A stretch of DNA of 64,000 nt from Podarcis liolepis (taxonomy: Eukaryota): the NCBI GenBank assembly GCA_965112155.1, contig OZ218101.1; one strand, 5' to 3'. Below, piece by piece: positions 13,941 to 25,231 of this stretch (the stretch's first letter is position 1; each line of letters begins with the position of its first letter). Under the pieces are notes generated by a model, which was not told where the DNA came from, did not search any database, and saw nothing but the letters and a program-made list of their open reading frames with translations. The translations under genes and the position numbers were made by a program.

Positions 13941-16900
13941 TGGGAATCTCTTTTCATAGCAGCACTTAGCTCTTGAGACATGTGAAGTAAAAATGTCAGG
14001 AAATGTCTCTGAGAATGTGCATCACTCACAATATAGCTTATTTCTCTATATCTGCAGTTAGGGGCAAGAGCATTTAGGCTAGAGTGTCATATCCAAAAAG
14101 TCTCACTGCTTTCAATGATTCATAATTTTAAGTACGTCCAAATGAAATCAGTGTGATTACAGGACTATTTTCAAGAAATGGTTAAGAAACTATGCCTTTT
14201 GATTCCATTCTGCAAACTTCTTGTACAAATGCTAGGGTTGCCATATTTCAAAAAGTAAAAACCAGGACACCCCTAACATCTGCTGAGGTGTTCACAGTCC
14301 ACATGCTTGTAATGGGTTCTCTGTTTAGTCTATATCAGTTTACACTGATGTGCAAATTGTACCACTATGCTGAATTGCAAAGTCTGTGCAACACACCATT
14401 GATGTGCATATCATAGCTTTTGTGTTCCTCAAAGTAAAAGCTATACTAAGGATTGTTTTGAATTATGTTTTACTCAAAAAGACCTATTGGAATTAATGAC
14501 CTAAGCTAGCCATATCTATTAATTTCAATCAGTTTATTCTAAGACATACAATGAATACAATACTAAGTACTTTTAACATATTTGAAAAGTTCAAAGGTGC
14601 TATTTGATTATATAAGCATTTTATAAAATGCACATTAATAAACAAGCAGTAATTGTCACATATATTGAATCCTTGAAATGTCTACTATCCAAGAGAAATA
14701 TTGCTTAATATTTCACATTCTGTTATGCATATGCCAGAATTGCTAATTCACAAGAACATGAACAAAGAGGGCTATTTTGATCACCTCACCCTCATTATCC
14801 TTAATTGTAGCCTCCTATATGAAAAAGTCTGTTAGAAATGTATCAGAAATATATTTATCTGTGGGGCATATTTTGAAAAGAGAATAATATTGTTTCCTGT
14901 TTTACATAAAACAAGCTTGGAGCTGTTGTACAGCTATGCAAACATTGACTAACTTGTATAGAGAAGGCAAATGGAAAGAATTATATTGTAAATATATCTA
15001 CAATATCACTTTCTATAGCTGTTGTATAGTTATTGCTGTAAATCTAGGTTGCAATTTGTCTAAATCTTTCATTAACAGATCTAGTGTAATTTAATAAAAG
15101 AACAAATAATAAAAAATATATTTGACCTGAAAAGAATATTTGGGGGGGGGACAACATTTCTGGATCTTGCTTGAGTTTGCTGATTATCTATACTTAGTTC
15201 CCATATGGATGCTAATCATACTCATATTATTTTAAAATGTTATACTTAGGTAATTTGTATAAAATACACAAAGTGCAGTATATTGTGTATGATTTCAATA
15301 CACTGGCAAGTATTTTTTTAAAAAAATAGAAGGCCTTCTCTCAAAGGCGCTATACATAGAACAACACAAACAACCTGCTATGAAAATCAGAAACAAAAAC
15401 AAAACAAAAACCTGAGCCACAATTTTTATTCAACAATTTTAAAAGCCTAGATTTGCTACAAGTAAATTTACTAGGAGCAAATTCCATTTAACTCAGTTCT
15501 AAGAAACACACTGCAATGGGCTGCAAAACAATGTTAAATAATTCTGAGTGATCAATAGGAATAATGAGCAAAATGCACATGTTTCAACTTCAAGCAGTGT
15601 TTGAGAAATAGGTTGAAAGTTCAAAACAAGTGGTCTTAACAAAACACAAAAGATTAGCTATATAACAAACCAAGAACAGCTGTTTCCTGTTATATTCCAG
15701 TAGGGGGAACTAAAGATTCACCATCTAACATTGCTTTTGGCTTACAGACCTGTGTATATTCCTCTAACCCCCTGTCTAATCATCAGTGCTAACATCAAAT
15801 AGCTAGTAGCTACTCTTGTGATCACTCACGGCCTCAGCTGCACTTTATACACTAAAGATATTGCAAGTATTCAGACATACACCTTTGATGTAGCTATTCC
15901 TTTACTTGATCATCCTCTTTATGCTTATTCTTCAGTTTGTGCAGTCTCATTTGTCTTCCCTTGTTATGCTTTTCCCCCAACACTCCTACACACAGAATAT
16001 ATATAGCTTAACTGAAAAGGGAAAACTCTCTCTCCACACCCCTTGCTGTAGACATCCTTTTACCTCATGAGAGACCCCATATACTCTATCTTCTTCCTGG
16101 ATTGCATACATTGTAAGGGCTTCAACAGTTTAGAAAGAAAGGTGTTATTTTTAAGAGCTTAAGGTATTAGGTAGGTTGAAATGATGAGCACGGAGTTGTT
16201 TATAAAATACTGATGTGATATTCTGTGTTGTGTTTTGTGTTTTGTTTTAGTCAAAACATGAAAAATGAAAGGTCAGGGAAACAGAAAACAAACAAAACAA
16301 ACACCTATGGTTGACCCCAATTTACTACAGCTAATTTATGCACAATGCAAAACACAGAAGAAGGGTTCCTCACGTTCAGGTTAGCTTACCATTCCATAAA
16401 CATGAAGAAAGGGTTGCAACCACAGCTACTGTGTGCAAGAGAGTTGCTTGAAGGGCTTGTGAATGGCTTCTATGTCAATTCCATACATGTACTCTTCTGA
16501 ATGTGCAGAGCTGATCACATCATTGCTTTCACAGATGCAGAAACTAGAATTCTGCTCAATTTGCATTCTTGGTAGAATGCACATTTCAAACTAGTTTGGG
16601 AATATGATGTTTTGTTTGTACAAGACCTCACCATAAGTTCTGTCAGGTAGCAAGGTGGGATAGGGTGGTCATCCTGGAACAGAAATTACATTGGCGGGGG
16701 GGGGAGGGGGGCTTCCTCCCTTACCACAGTGGTATCCTACGAAATCCCAGTGTTGATAAGTACATACATATAACCTGTGTATATGTATACATAAATAAGT
16801 CAACCCAATTTTGAAAGCCACAATGCACAAGGGCAGTGCAAATAAGAACTGAGCTGATAGTTCAGTCCTACTTGTGCTTACTCAGAAGTCTCACTGTGTT

Positions 16901-17248
16901 CAGTGTGCCTTATTCCCCATAAAAAGATGCATAGAATTGTGGCCTTAATCTTGCATATGATCTGTGCACGTATATGGTATAGGGCATCTGCATGTTCTAG
17001 GCAGCCACAATGTGGCATGTTTATACTGGAAGGAGGGTTGCATAAATTGGTTGTACACCCATCATATAATATACAGAGCCCAGCTTGCGGCAGGATTCTG
17101 GAATCTAACTGCAACCTTGTATTAGAGTAGGTCTGACTATATACACTGGAAGTAGTGTATACACTGTACTATACAGTGTATACACTGGACTATATACAGG
17201 AGTAGGTCTGACTATATACACTGGAACTTGTGTGAGTAAATAAGTATA

Positions 17249-17494
17249 CAGCGGTACCTCTAGTTATGAACTTAATGTGTTCCGGAGGTCCGTTCTTAAC
17301 CTGAAACTGTTCTTAACTAGAGGCGTGCTTTCGCTAATGGGGCCTCTTGCTGCCGCTGCGCTGCTGGCACACGATTTCCGTTCTCATCCTGGGGCAAAGA
17401 TCTCTAACCTAGAAGAGGTAACTCTTCTAGGTTAGTGGAGTTTGTAACCTGAAGCGTTTGTAACCTGAGGCGTTTGTAACTCGAGGTACCACTG
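17249..17494. mobile_element. Tc1/mariner (Tigger/pogo-like) MITE, CAGTGGTACCTC family variant
   Basis: TIRs cagcggtacctc / gaggtaccactg, TA TSDs; homologous to copies at 21987, 25006 and 38960. Confidence 0.9.
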
Positions 17495-17949
17495 TAACTT
17501 GTATTTGCATAAGGCAATGCTGACTTGCCTGCATTTTCCTTTTAAAAGGAGTTGGTACCTTTTTTTTGTTAGCCATCTGTGGCCCTCCTGAGTGGCTGGG
17601 CAGGCTTTAAGCAACTACAAATATTACGCCGTGATTCGGGAGAAGGGGTCTTTGAACATGTGCAGAATGTCATAGTTCTCTCCCTACTAAGCAGCAGCTG
17701 CGTATCACTACACACCTGGAATTAGGCAACATGATCGCCTTCCTGCACCTCCCTTTTTTAGAAAGTACCAGCACATGAAAGCTAAGTGAGAAGAAGAGGT
17801 TGAAATTGCCGTCTTCTTTCAAAGGCCTCCCTGTGACAGAGAGAGAGAGAGAAGAGGCGAGGAAGACTGAATAATTAGGGAAGAGACTTCCATGAAATCG
17901 CTCGTCGAGAAAATTACCTGCCCATTAAATGAGAAGCAGTGAGAAGCAA

Positions 17950-19238
17950 TCATGTTAATGTTACCTATAGCCAACAGTAAAGAGGGAAAAGGGGGCTTGG
18001 GAGAGAAATGGGATGGGCGGGGGGGGGGCAGAGAAGCAGCGCTGCTCTGTGCCCCCCCCAGTCTTCTCTTCAATCCTTCAGCTGCCTCACGTTGTGTGTG
18101 TGTCTGTCTCTCCCCCCTCCCTCCCACCGCGATCCCTGAGGGGAACATGAGAGTGGGTGTGGTGTTTTACAGTGCTTTAATCCACACCCCAGCTCTTCCA
18201 ATTCCGGCTCTCCTCCCCCCCCCCCCACCTCCGTGTTTGCTCTACGAAGAGCAGCAACAGCAGCAGCAAAACGAGCAGAACGAGCCCAGGCTGTGGGGAG
18301 GCCGCCCGGGCGAGCTCCAGCAGGAGGGTGCTGCGCTCTCTCCCCTCCTCTCCCTCGCGCGCACACCCCGCCGCGCCTGTCGCTTCCCGCCTCTCTCGAC
18401 TCCTTCCATAGTGGGAGCGACACCCCCCCCTCACCGCCGCGCGCGTTTACACAGCAGCGGCGGCCGCCTCATCCAGCAGCAACAACCGTGCCCACCGCCA
18501 CTCGCTCTTTCCTCCAGCCCCAGCGGCACGTTGGGAGTTTATTCTCCTCAAGCAGTTTCTTCCCGCGCTGAGGGTAGGGGTGGCTGGGTTGCCTTTTTTA
18601 ATTTTTAATATTTTTGAGGGGGTGCTGTGGAGAGGGAAGGAAGGAGCTCGCGCGCCAAGATGTTGCTCAGGCGTCCCTCTTATGGAAGTTAAGGGAAGCA
18701 ACTCCGCAGCTTGAAGTGATTTTGAGGAGGGGGGGGAGGTTGGAAGAGGAAGAAAATGAGAAGCAGGAGAGTTAAGCCAAGCCCTTGATTTTGCTCCCTC
18801 CTTCCCCGCCTTTTCCTCAGAGCGCCGAGAACTTTGAGCGAGGTGGTGGCGGCGGGAGGGGACGCACTTTCTAGGAAACGTATCTGCTTTCAAAGTCTCT
18901 CGTCTGCCGAAGAAATCCCCGGGCTCTGGATTGCAATGGAGAGTCTTAGCCACACTTGAACAATTCCTCTGCCTCCGCTGGATTGGTGGGAATTTCGGAA
19001 GCGGAGCCAGCGCGCCGAGCTGGGAGCGGTGCCCCCTCTTCCTCCCTCGCTCTCCCCCTCGCGCTGCTAATCTGCATGGAGCTCAAAGTGTCCCATTCAA
19101 GCCTCTTTCTCGCCGCTGCTCTCCAGGCTCCTTCCACGTATCCTTAGGTTGTAGGAGAATCTCAACTTTTGGGACTACTCCCCCCCTCTATTTTTTTCTC
19201 TCTCTCCCTGGAATTGGATTGCCTTTGAATATGTTAAA
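17950..19238 (+). promoter_or_regulatory. ROBO2: CpG island: promoter and 5' UTR of the ROBO2b-type transcript
   Basis: Sharp rise in GC and CpG content (cgcgcg, ccgccgcgc, G/C runs, short CAG tract) against an AT-rich background, directly upstream of the ATG and free of recognisable TEs. Exact TSS cannot be read from sequence. Confidence 0.85.
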
Positions 19239-19293
19239 ATGGGGCTGCTGACGCCACTCCTGCTGCTTGGATTTGTCTCTTTTCAAGTTGATG
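19239..19293 (+). CDS. ROBO2: ROBO2 first coding exon (ROBO2b-type), signal peptide MGLLTPLLLLGFVSFQVD(G)
   Basis: ATG in strong context (aaaATGG), hydrophobic 18 codons + 1 nt ending ...VD-G, then GTAAGT donor at 19294. Phase 1 joins the 50861 exon in frame (G|GA = Gly, then SRLRQEDF). Resembles the recalled human ROBO2b N-terminus MSLLMFTQLLLCGFLYVRVDG and lies at the 3' edge of a CpG island. Confidence 0.93.
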
Positions 19294-19482
19294 GTAAGTT
19301 AAAGTGTTGTGTTTTACTGTCATTTATTTGGAGTAGAGCACGCTTGGATTTTGGGGCTCGAAATCCTGTATAATGTGCATGGGCTATGGAACGATGGAAG
19401 GAAGGGATGGATATGAACATGCTATTAATAAAGCAAATCTTCTTTTCTAACTTAGTAGGAAAATAGTTAGCATAAGCTGTAA

Positions 19483-19483
19483 A

Positions 19484-19529
<46 letters not shown>
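19483..19529. repeat. Compound (GT)n(GA)n microsatellite at the start of intron 1
   Basis: Directly visible dinucleotide runs. Confidence 0.95.
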
Positions 19530-19532
<3 letters not shown>

Positions 19533-21986
19533 AAATCAGCTGCACTGGTAAATCTCGACGCACCAACAGATTTCTGTTGCTTCTATTTTTACCCCATGCT
19601 GAACTTTTTAGGTGGAAAATCGACTGATTAAATGGGGTAATTGTGCTTCTGATTCAAGAGAGGTGAATGGGAAATTTACTACCGTGAGGTTCTCGCTGCT
19701 GCATTTGTAAGCAATGCACGCAGAAAAATGCAGTAATGTGTGGAATGCGCTAAAAGGTGTGAAATAACTATGCCTGTGAGATGTGTCAGGTGGAAAGTAT
19801 ACAAAGTAGGGAGTGTGAAAGAGAGTCGTGTCTGTGGAAGTCTCCCAGTACAGCAGAATCTCACAGCCAGCTTCTGCCACAGGGAGAAGCTAGGCTTCCA
19901 CTGTTTAAAGACAATGGGGAATTTGAACAGGTGCTGTAGGTGTCTCCCCTTCTGTAAAGGCAGTCTCCCTTGTATAGGGGTTTGTCTTTTGTTCAGCTTG
20001 CTTAGCCCTCCCTAAAGTAAAACCAAGACCTCGTCGTTTAACCTAGAAGCACGTTGCAGGGAATTTCATGTTGATATTTAAGAGCTAAGAACACATTGTT
20101 GATTTCAGTGTTTGAAATGAAGGAAATTGAGAAAAATCAAAGGAACGATGTTTGTACTGCCTATGGTTAGAAGGTATAATTTTTACAGAGTAGAGACACC
20201 AATGGCTATGAATACATATATACTGTATGTGTTTTACCTCAAACGTGCAACATACATCATAGTATTTTGGGCGCACAAACTGTTTACATGGACAGTCATG
20301 CTGAGTCTTTATGAGAGCATTGGTGGTGGGGAGGCTTGATATGGTACCTGATCTCTTTGGCTATTGTCTTAATTTGGAGGTTTGGCATTATATTTTTACA
20401 GAGGTGTCTTTGGGGGGCGGGGTTTGGACTCTACCTTAATTTACTGGTTGATGCTGGATATGGGCAGGATCTGGGACTAAACTTAGTTCCAGCAGGAAGC
20501 TGGTGCTAAAAGCCTGGTATCCATATCAACGAGAGGCCACTCTTGTAAACAGAGAGTGATATTGTATTACCTACAATTATTGCATGCAGTTGTGTGCTAC
20601 CCATCCCTCCCTCTCTCCCTCCCACCACACCCTTAGCAACACAGGAGACAACAGAGAACCTTGCTAAAAGCTGGGAATTGAGAATATGTAAGTATTGGTT
20701 CACAAGTTGTATAATGAGTGTATCACGTAATGTGCCCTGCAGTTTCAATTTTTTTTTTTTACAAAGCATTGTGGTTCACATAAGTCACGTTGGAAATGTA
20801 CATAAAACCTGGAAGCATCAGGCTGCAGAAATGTAGTTATTAGCCAGTGTTTAAAATTGTAGGTAGCTAGAAGGAATACAATTAAAGTGCTCAGTGGAAG
20901 TGACAGAGTGAATCACAGGAGCCTGGTGTTACAGAATGTAATTAATGTACCAGGCTGTTTGGAGATATAGGAAACAAATGCAATTAACCAGCTTGCTAGA
21001 AGGACAGGAGCAAGGCATAATTTATTCAAGTTTTCTTCCATGGAGAACACAACTTGAACCTTAAAAAGAAAAACACCATTCTTTTACAAGGTAGGTCTAT
21101 GAGCAAACTTATGGTCCATCTTTGACAAATATGGACTTGCTCAAAATCTGTGAAAAGCACTTTATGGGAAGGTTTTGACTAGACTATGATAATCTCAGTA
21201 GATACAATCCTGTACATAGAATTGCAGTCAATAGTTGTTGCTGTTCTTCTGAAACATATTCATATCTACATTGTTCTGAAACATAAAATGTAGATCTGTA
21301 TCTTGGAAGCCTATTGTATTTTACATTAGCTTAGTGATGTCCCTATCTTCCCAGAAACACAGAAATGAAAGTTGCCACATAACACGAACAGTATGCCATT
21401 AAAGGCAGCTTCACATGTTACCCTTTCCTTAAAATTTTGGAAAATGCTAATATCACATGTTTGCAGGCATGCATCATACATATAAGGAAGGCTGCCAAAG
21501 GTACACTCAGTAGCAAACCTGAGTCCATCATGGTTTGCCCACCATACATACTAAGCTATCTTTCCCACTGAATATAATATGTGAAATGATCCTAAACTGC
21601 TTTAACATATGTTTTATTTTTTCTGTATTATGAATAAAACAGTAAGCATGAAGAAAGCATAACTGAGGAAGAAAGACCCTTTGTTGAAACTCAAACCAGC
21701 TGTTCTTTTTTTCCTCCTTAAAAATAGGTCATCCCTCACTCACAAGCTAAGGCTTTGAGCTTCCAAGAGCTCTTCCTTTACATCATTATGATTTTTGTAT
21801 CTTTTGGGTATGAATGCAGTCAGAGAAAAGCAAACCATGTGTTTTTGAGATATAATGTCAGGAAGATATACTCCATGCCTATCTCTGAGTACCCAGAGAA
21901 ACATGAGTGGCCTACAGGTGATATTACATGGTGGTATGATGCAGATTCAGATGGTGAATTGTCTTAGTTCTTGTGCCTTCTTAGTA

Positions 21987-22220
21987 CAGTGGTACCTCAG
22001 GTTACATACACTTCAGGTTACATATGTTTCAGGTTACAGACTCCGCTAACCCAGAAATAGTACCTCGGGTTAAGAACTTTGCTTCAGGATAAGAACAGAA
22101 ATCGTGCTCCGGTGGCAGCAGGAGGCCCCATTAGCTAAAGTGGTGCTTCAGGTTAAGAACAGTTTCAGGTTAAGAACAGACCTCTGGAACGAATTAAGTA
22201 CTTAACCCAAGGTACCACTC
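21987..22220. mobile_element. Tc1/mariner MITE, CAGTGGTACCTC family
   Basis: TA-cagtggtacctc...ggtaccactc-TA; near-identical to 38960-39185. Confidence 0.93.
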
Positions 22221-22489
22221 TATCATGAAATTTTAGAGTTCGATGAAAATGGGACAAAATGTGCCATTTGTGTTGTGAATGTGGATTTATGGCAGTTCAG
22301 ATCACATCCTTTGCCATCTATTTAGGGATAACTGTAATTCCAATCTTCCCAGCATTCTACCTTGATACCAGTCTTTTTACCATTTCTGAAAGTTAAAAAG
22401 GGCTCTTGTCATATCACACACCCAGCTGAAGTAATGGTTGAAAAAGTAATTTTTGTTCATTAATTTCTTTGACTATTTTGTAAGAAGGG

Positions 22490-23790
22490 TGGGCCTCTGG
22501 ATCAGACATAATGCCCATTTAGTCCAGCAGCCTGTTTCTCACAGTGTCCAACCAGAAAGGTGAGGTCATTAGCACTTTCCCACTGTTCCTTAGTATTCAG
22601 AGGCATCGGGACTGGTAGCTATTCATGGACCTATTCTTCAAGAATTTGTCTATTCCAGCTTTAAAGCTATCCAGATTGGTGGTAATCACCACAACCTGTG
22701 GTAGGAAGCACTTATTTAGGAGGTGTTTAGTCATGTCAGACTCTTCGTGATGCCGTGGACCAGAGCACGCCAGGCACTTCTGTCTTCCACTGCCTCTTGC
22801 AGTTTGGTCAAACTCATGTTAGTAGCTTTGAGAACACTGTCCAACCATCTCTTCCTCTGTTGTCCCATTCTCCTTGTGCCCTCAATCTTTCCCAACATCA
22901 AGGTCTTTTCCAGGGAGTCTTCTCTTCTCATGTGGTGGCCAAAGTATTGGAGCCTCATCTTCAGAATGTGACCTTCCAGTGAGCACTCAGGGCTGATTTC
23001 CTTAAGAATGGATAGGATTGATCATCTTGCAGTCTATGGGACTCTCAAGAGTCTCCTTCATCACCATAATTCGAAAGCATCAATTCTTTGGCAACCAGCC
23101 TTCTTTATGGTCCAGCTCCCACTTCCATACATCACTACTAGGAAAACCATAGCTTTAACTATATGGACCTTTGTCAGCAAGGTGATGTCTCTGCTTTTTA
23201 AGATGCTGTCTAGGTTTGTCATTGCTTTTCTCCCAAGAAGCAGGCGTCTTTTAATTTTGTGACTACTGTCACCATCTGCAGTGATCATGGAGCCCAAGAA
23301 AGTAAAATCTCTCACTGCCTCCATTTCTTCCCCTTCTATTTGTCAGGAGGTGATGGGACCAGTGGACTTATTTAGGTAGGAAGTATTTATTTTTGTCTAT
23401 CTCTCCTGCTGTGATTGGATTACCGCACATTCTAGTATTATGAGAGAGGGAGGAAAAACAAGTTTCTCTATCCAGTTTATTTACATCGTGCATAATATTA
23501 TAAACCTTTGTCAAATTCCTCCCTTGTCAACTTTTTTCAACACTAAAATCCCCATATGTTGTAACCCTTTCTCTTAAGGGAGTCTGTCTATCCACCTGAT
23601 CATTTTGGCTGATTTTTCCCCTGGACCATTCACAGATCTACAACATACTTTTTGAGATATGACAACCAGAACTCTACACAGCATTCTAACTGTGGCCACA
23701 CTATTTGTTGTAAAGGCGTTATACTCTTAGCTTTATTTTCAGTACCTTTCCTAACAAACCCTAACATGGAATTTACCTTTTTCACAGCAA
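22490..23790 (-). mobile_element. Old CR1 LINE 3' region, interrupted by BovB
   Basis: Reverse complement of CR1 3' sequence (gtccagcagcctgtttctcacagtg; accagaactctacacagcattctaactgtggcc) on both sides of the BovB insertion. Confidence 0.75.
22721..23365 (-). mobile_element. 5'-truncated BovB (RTE) LINE
   Basis: Minus ORFs DFTFLGSMITADGDSSHKIKRRLLLGRKAMTNLDSILKSRDITL...RIDAFELW and LQYFGHHMRREDSLEKTLMLGKIEG...AWRALVHGITKS are the typical BovB C-terminus; 11-bp TSD acttatttagg at 22710-22720 and 23366-23376. Confidence 0.95.
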
Positions 23791-24260
23791 CCACACACCG
23801 ATCAATTGTGCTAAAAGAAGATTAAGTTTGATATAATGTTTTCTAGTTGTTGTCAAACCTCTTGCCTTTAGTGGAAGATAAATCACAGACAATCACAGAT
23901 ACAACTATGGAATAGTCCTGTAAACAATCCAAAATACACTTGTTTTCAGCAAATCCCCTTTGAGTATAATAGACTTTCTCTGGTTCAGGTTTGTGTTTAT
24001 CATAGACAAAATATCAGCCAAACTTATAACATGCTGGCACAATAAAACAGTGGATTCTAAACTTTGTTCTGTCTAGTATAAATGCCTTTTGCACAATAAA
24101 ATATAAATATTAGGATAATACAGCACATTGAAAACTCACTATGGACAACTCTGCATCTTTATTTCTTAACACCCAAAGGTTACTGGAGGATAACATACAT
24201 TACAAAAAACTACAAAAGTCATTACTCAGTAGAGTAATCAAAGAAAGATGAAGGGCAGTT

Positions 24261-24526
24261 GAAGAAGAAGAGGAAGAGGAAGAGGAGGAGTTTGGATTTG
24301 ATATCCCGCCTTTCACTCCCTTTAAGGAGTCTCAAAGTGGCTAACATTCTCCTTTCCCTTCCTCCCCCACAACAAACACTCTGTGAGTTGAGTGGGGCTG
24401 AGAGACTTCAAAGAAGTGTGACTGGCCCAAGGTCACCCAGCAGCTGCATGTGGAGGAGCGGAGACGCGAACCCGGTTCACCAGATTACGAGCTACCGCTC
24501 TTAACCACTACACCACACTGGCTCTC
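24261..24526 (-). mobile_element. Young tRNA-derived SINE (Squam3B-like)
   Basis: Minus strand starts gagagccagtgtggtgtagtggttaagagcgg (A box) ... gggttcgcgtctcc (B-box-like) and ends in a (CTT/CCT)n tail; CpGs intact. Confidence 0.85.
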
Positions 24527-25005
24527 TTGAAAAAGTTCCACAGCCCATTGTGTGTCCGCGTTAGCAAGATGTTGTACTGCACACCTTGAGAAACAATACT
24601 AGGACATACATAGATAACGTAATTTCACAACTGAAATTTCTCGTGTCTTCACATCTTATTCAATTCAGGGTGTTAGGACACTATTTCATAAATAAGTGTT
24701 GGCACAATTCATAGTTTCAAATAACTCCTCAAAGTTTTTCTCAGTGGGAGTTACTATTTAGCAAGTGTAGTCTTTGAAATGTTGTGAAAACATGCATCAA
24801 GGATCAAAGTACAGTGATGCTAAATTGTATGTCGTTTTAACGTTGATCAATGTTGATCATAATTATAATTTGTATTACTTGTTGCAGCATTTACTTGAGC
24901 GCAGGTTTTTCCTGCAACTGAGTTGACTAGCTTAAATAACAAAAACAAACATCCAAACACAAGCTCGATTCATTTTGTCTATTTCTTACATTCCACATTG
25001 CTATA

Positions 25006-25231
25006 CAGTGGTACCTTGGGTTAAGTACTTAATTCGTTCTGGAGGTCCATTTTTAATCTGAAACTGTTCTTAACCTGAAGCACCACCTTAGCTAATGGGG
25101 CCTCCTGCTGCTGCCGCGCCGCAGGAGCACGATTTCTGTTCTCATCCTGAAGCAAAGTTCTTAACCCGAGGTAATATTTCTGGGTTAGCGGAGTCTGTAA
25201 CCTGAAGCGTATGTAACCCGAGGTACCACTG
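25006..25231. mobile_element. Tc1/mariner MITE, CAGTGGTACCTC family, inverted relative to 21987 and 38960
   Basis: TA-cagtggtacctt...gaggtaccactg-TA; internal sequence is the reverse complement of the other two copies. Confidence 0.93.

Noticed and set aside
17819-19147. Many overlapping ORFs on both strands (e.g. 17952..18608, 218 aa, Pro/Gln-rich)
   Set aside because: Expected from stop-codon scarcity in a CpG island; low complexity and no recognisable domain.
20735-20750. 16-mer ccctgcagtttcaatt reminiscent of AmnSINE1
   Set aside because: Flanks do not extend the similarity; probably chance.
24455-24526. tRNA-like sequence on the minus strand
   Set aside because: It is the tRNA-derived head of a SINE, with no complete cloverleaf.
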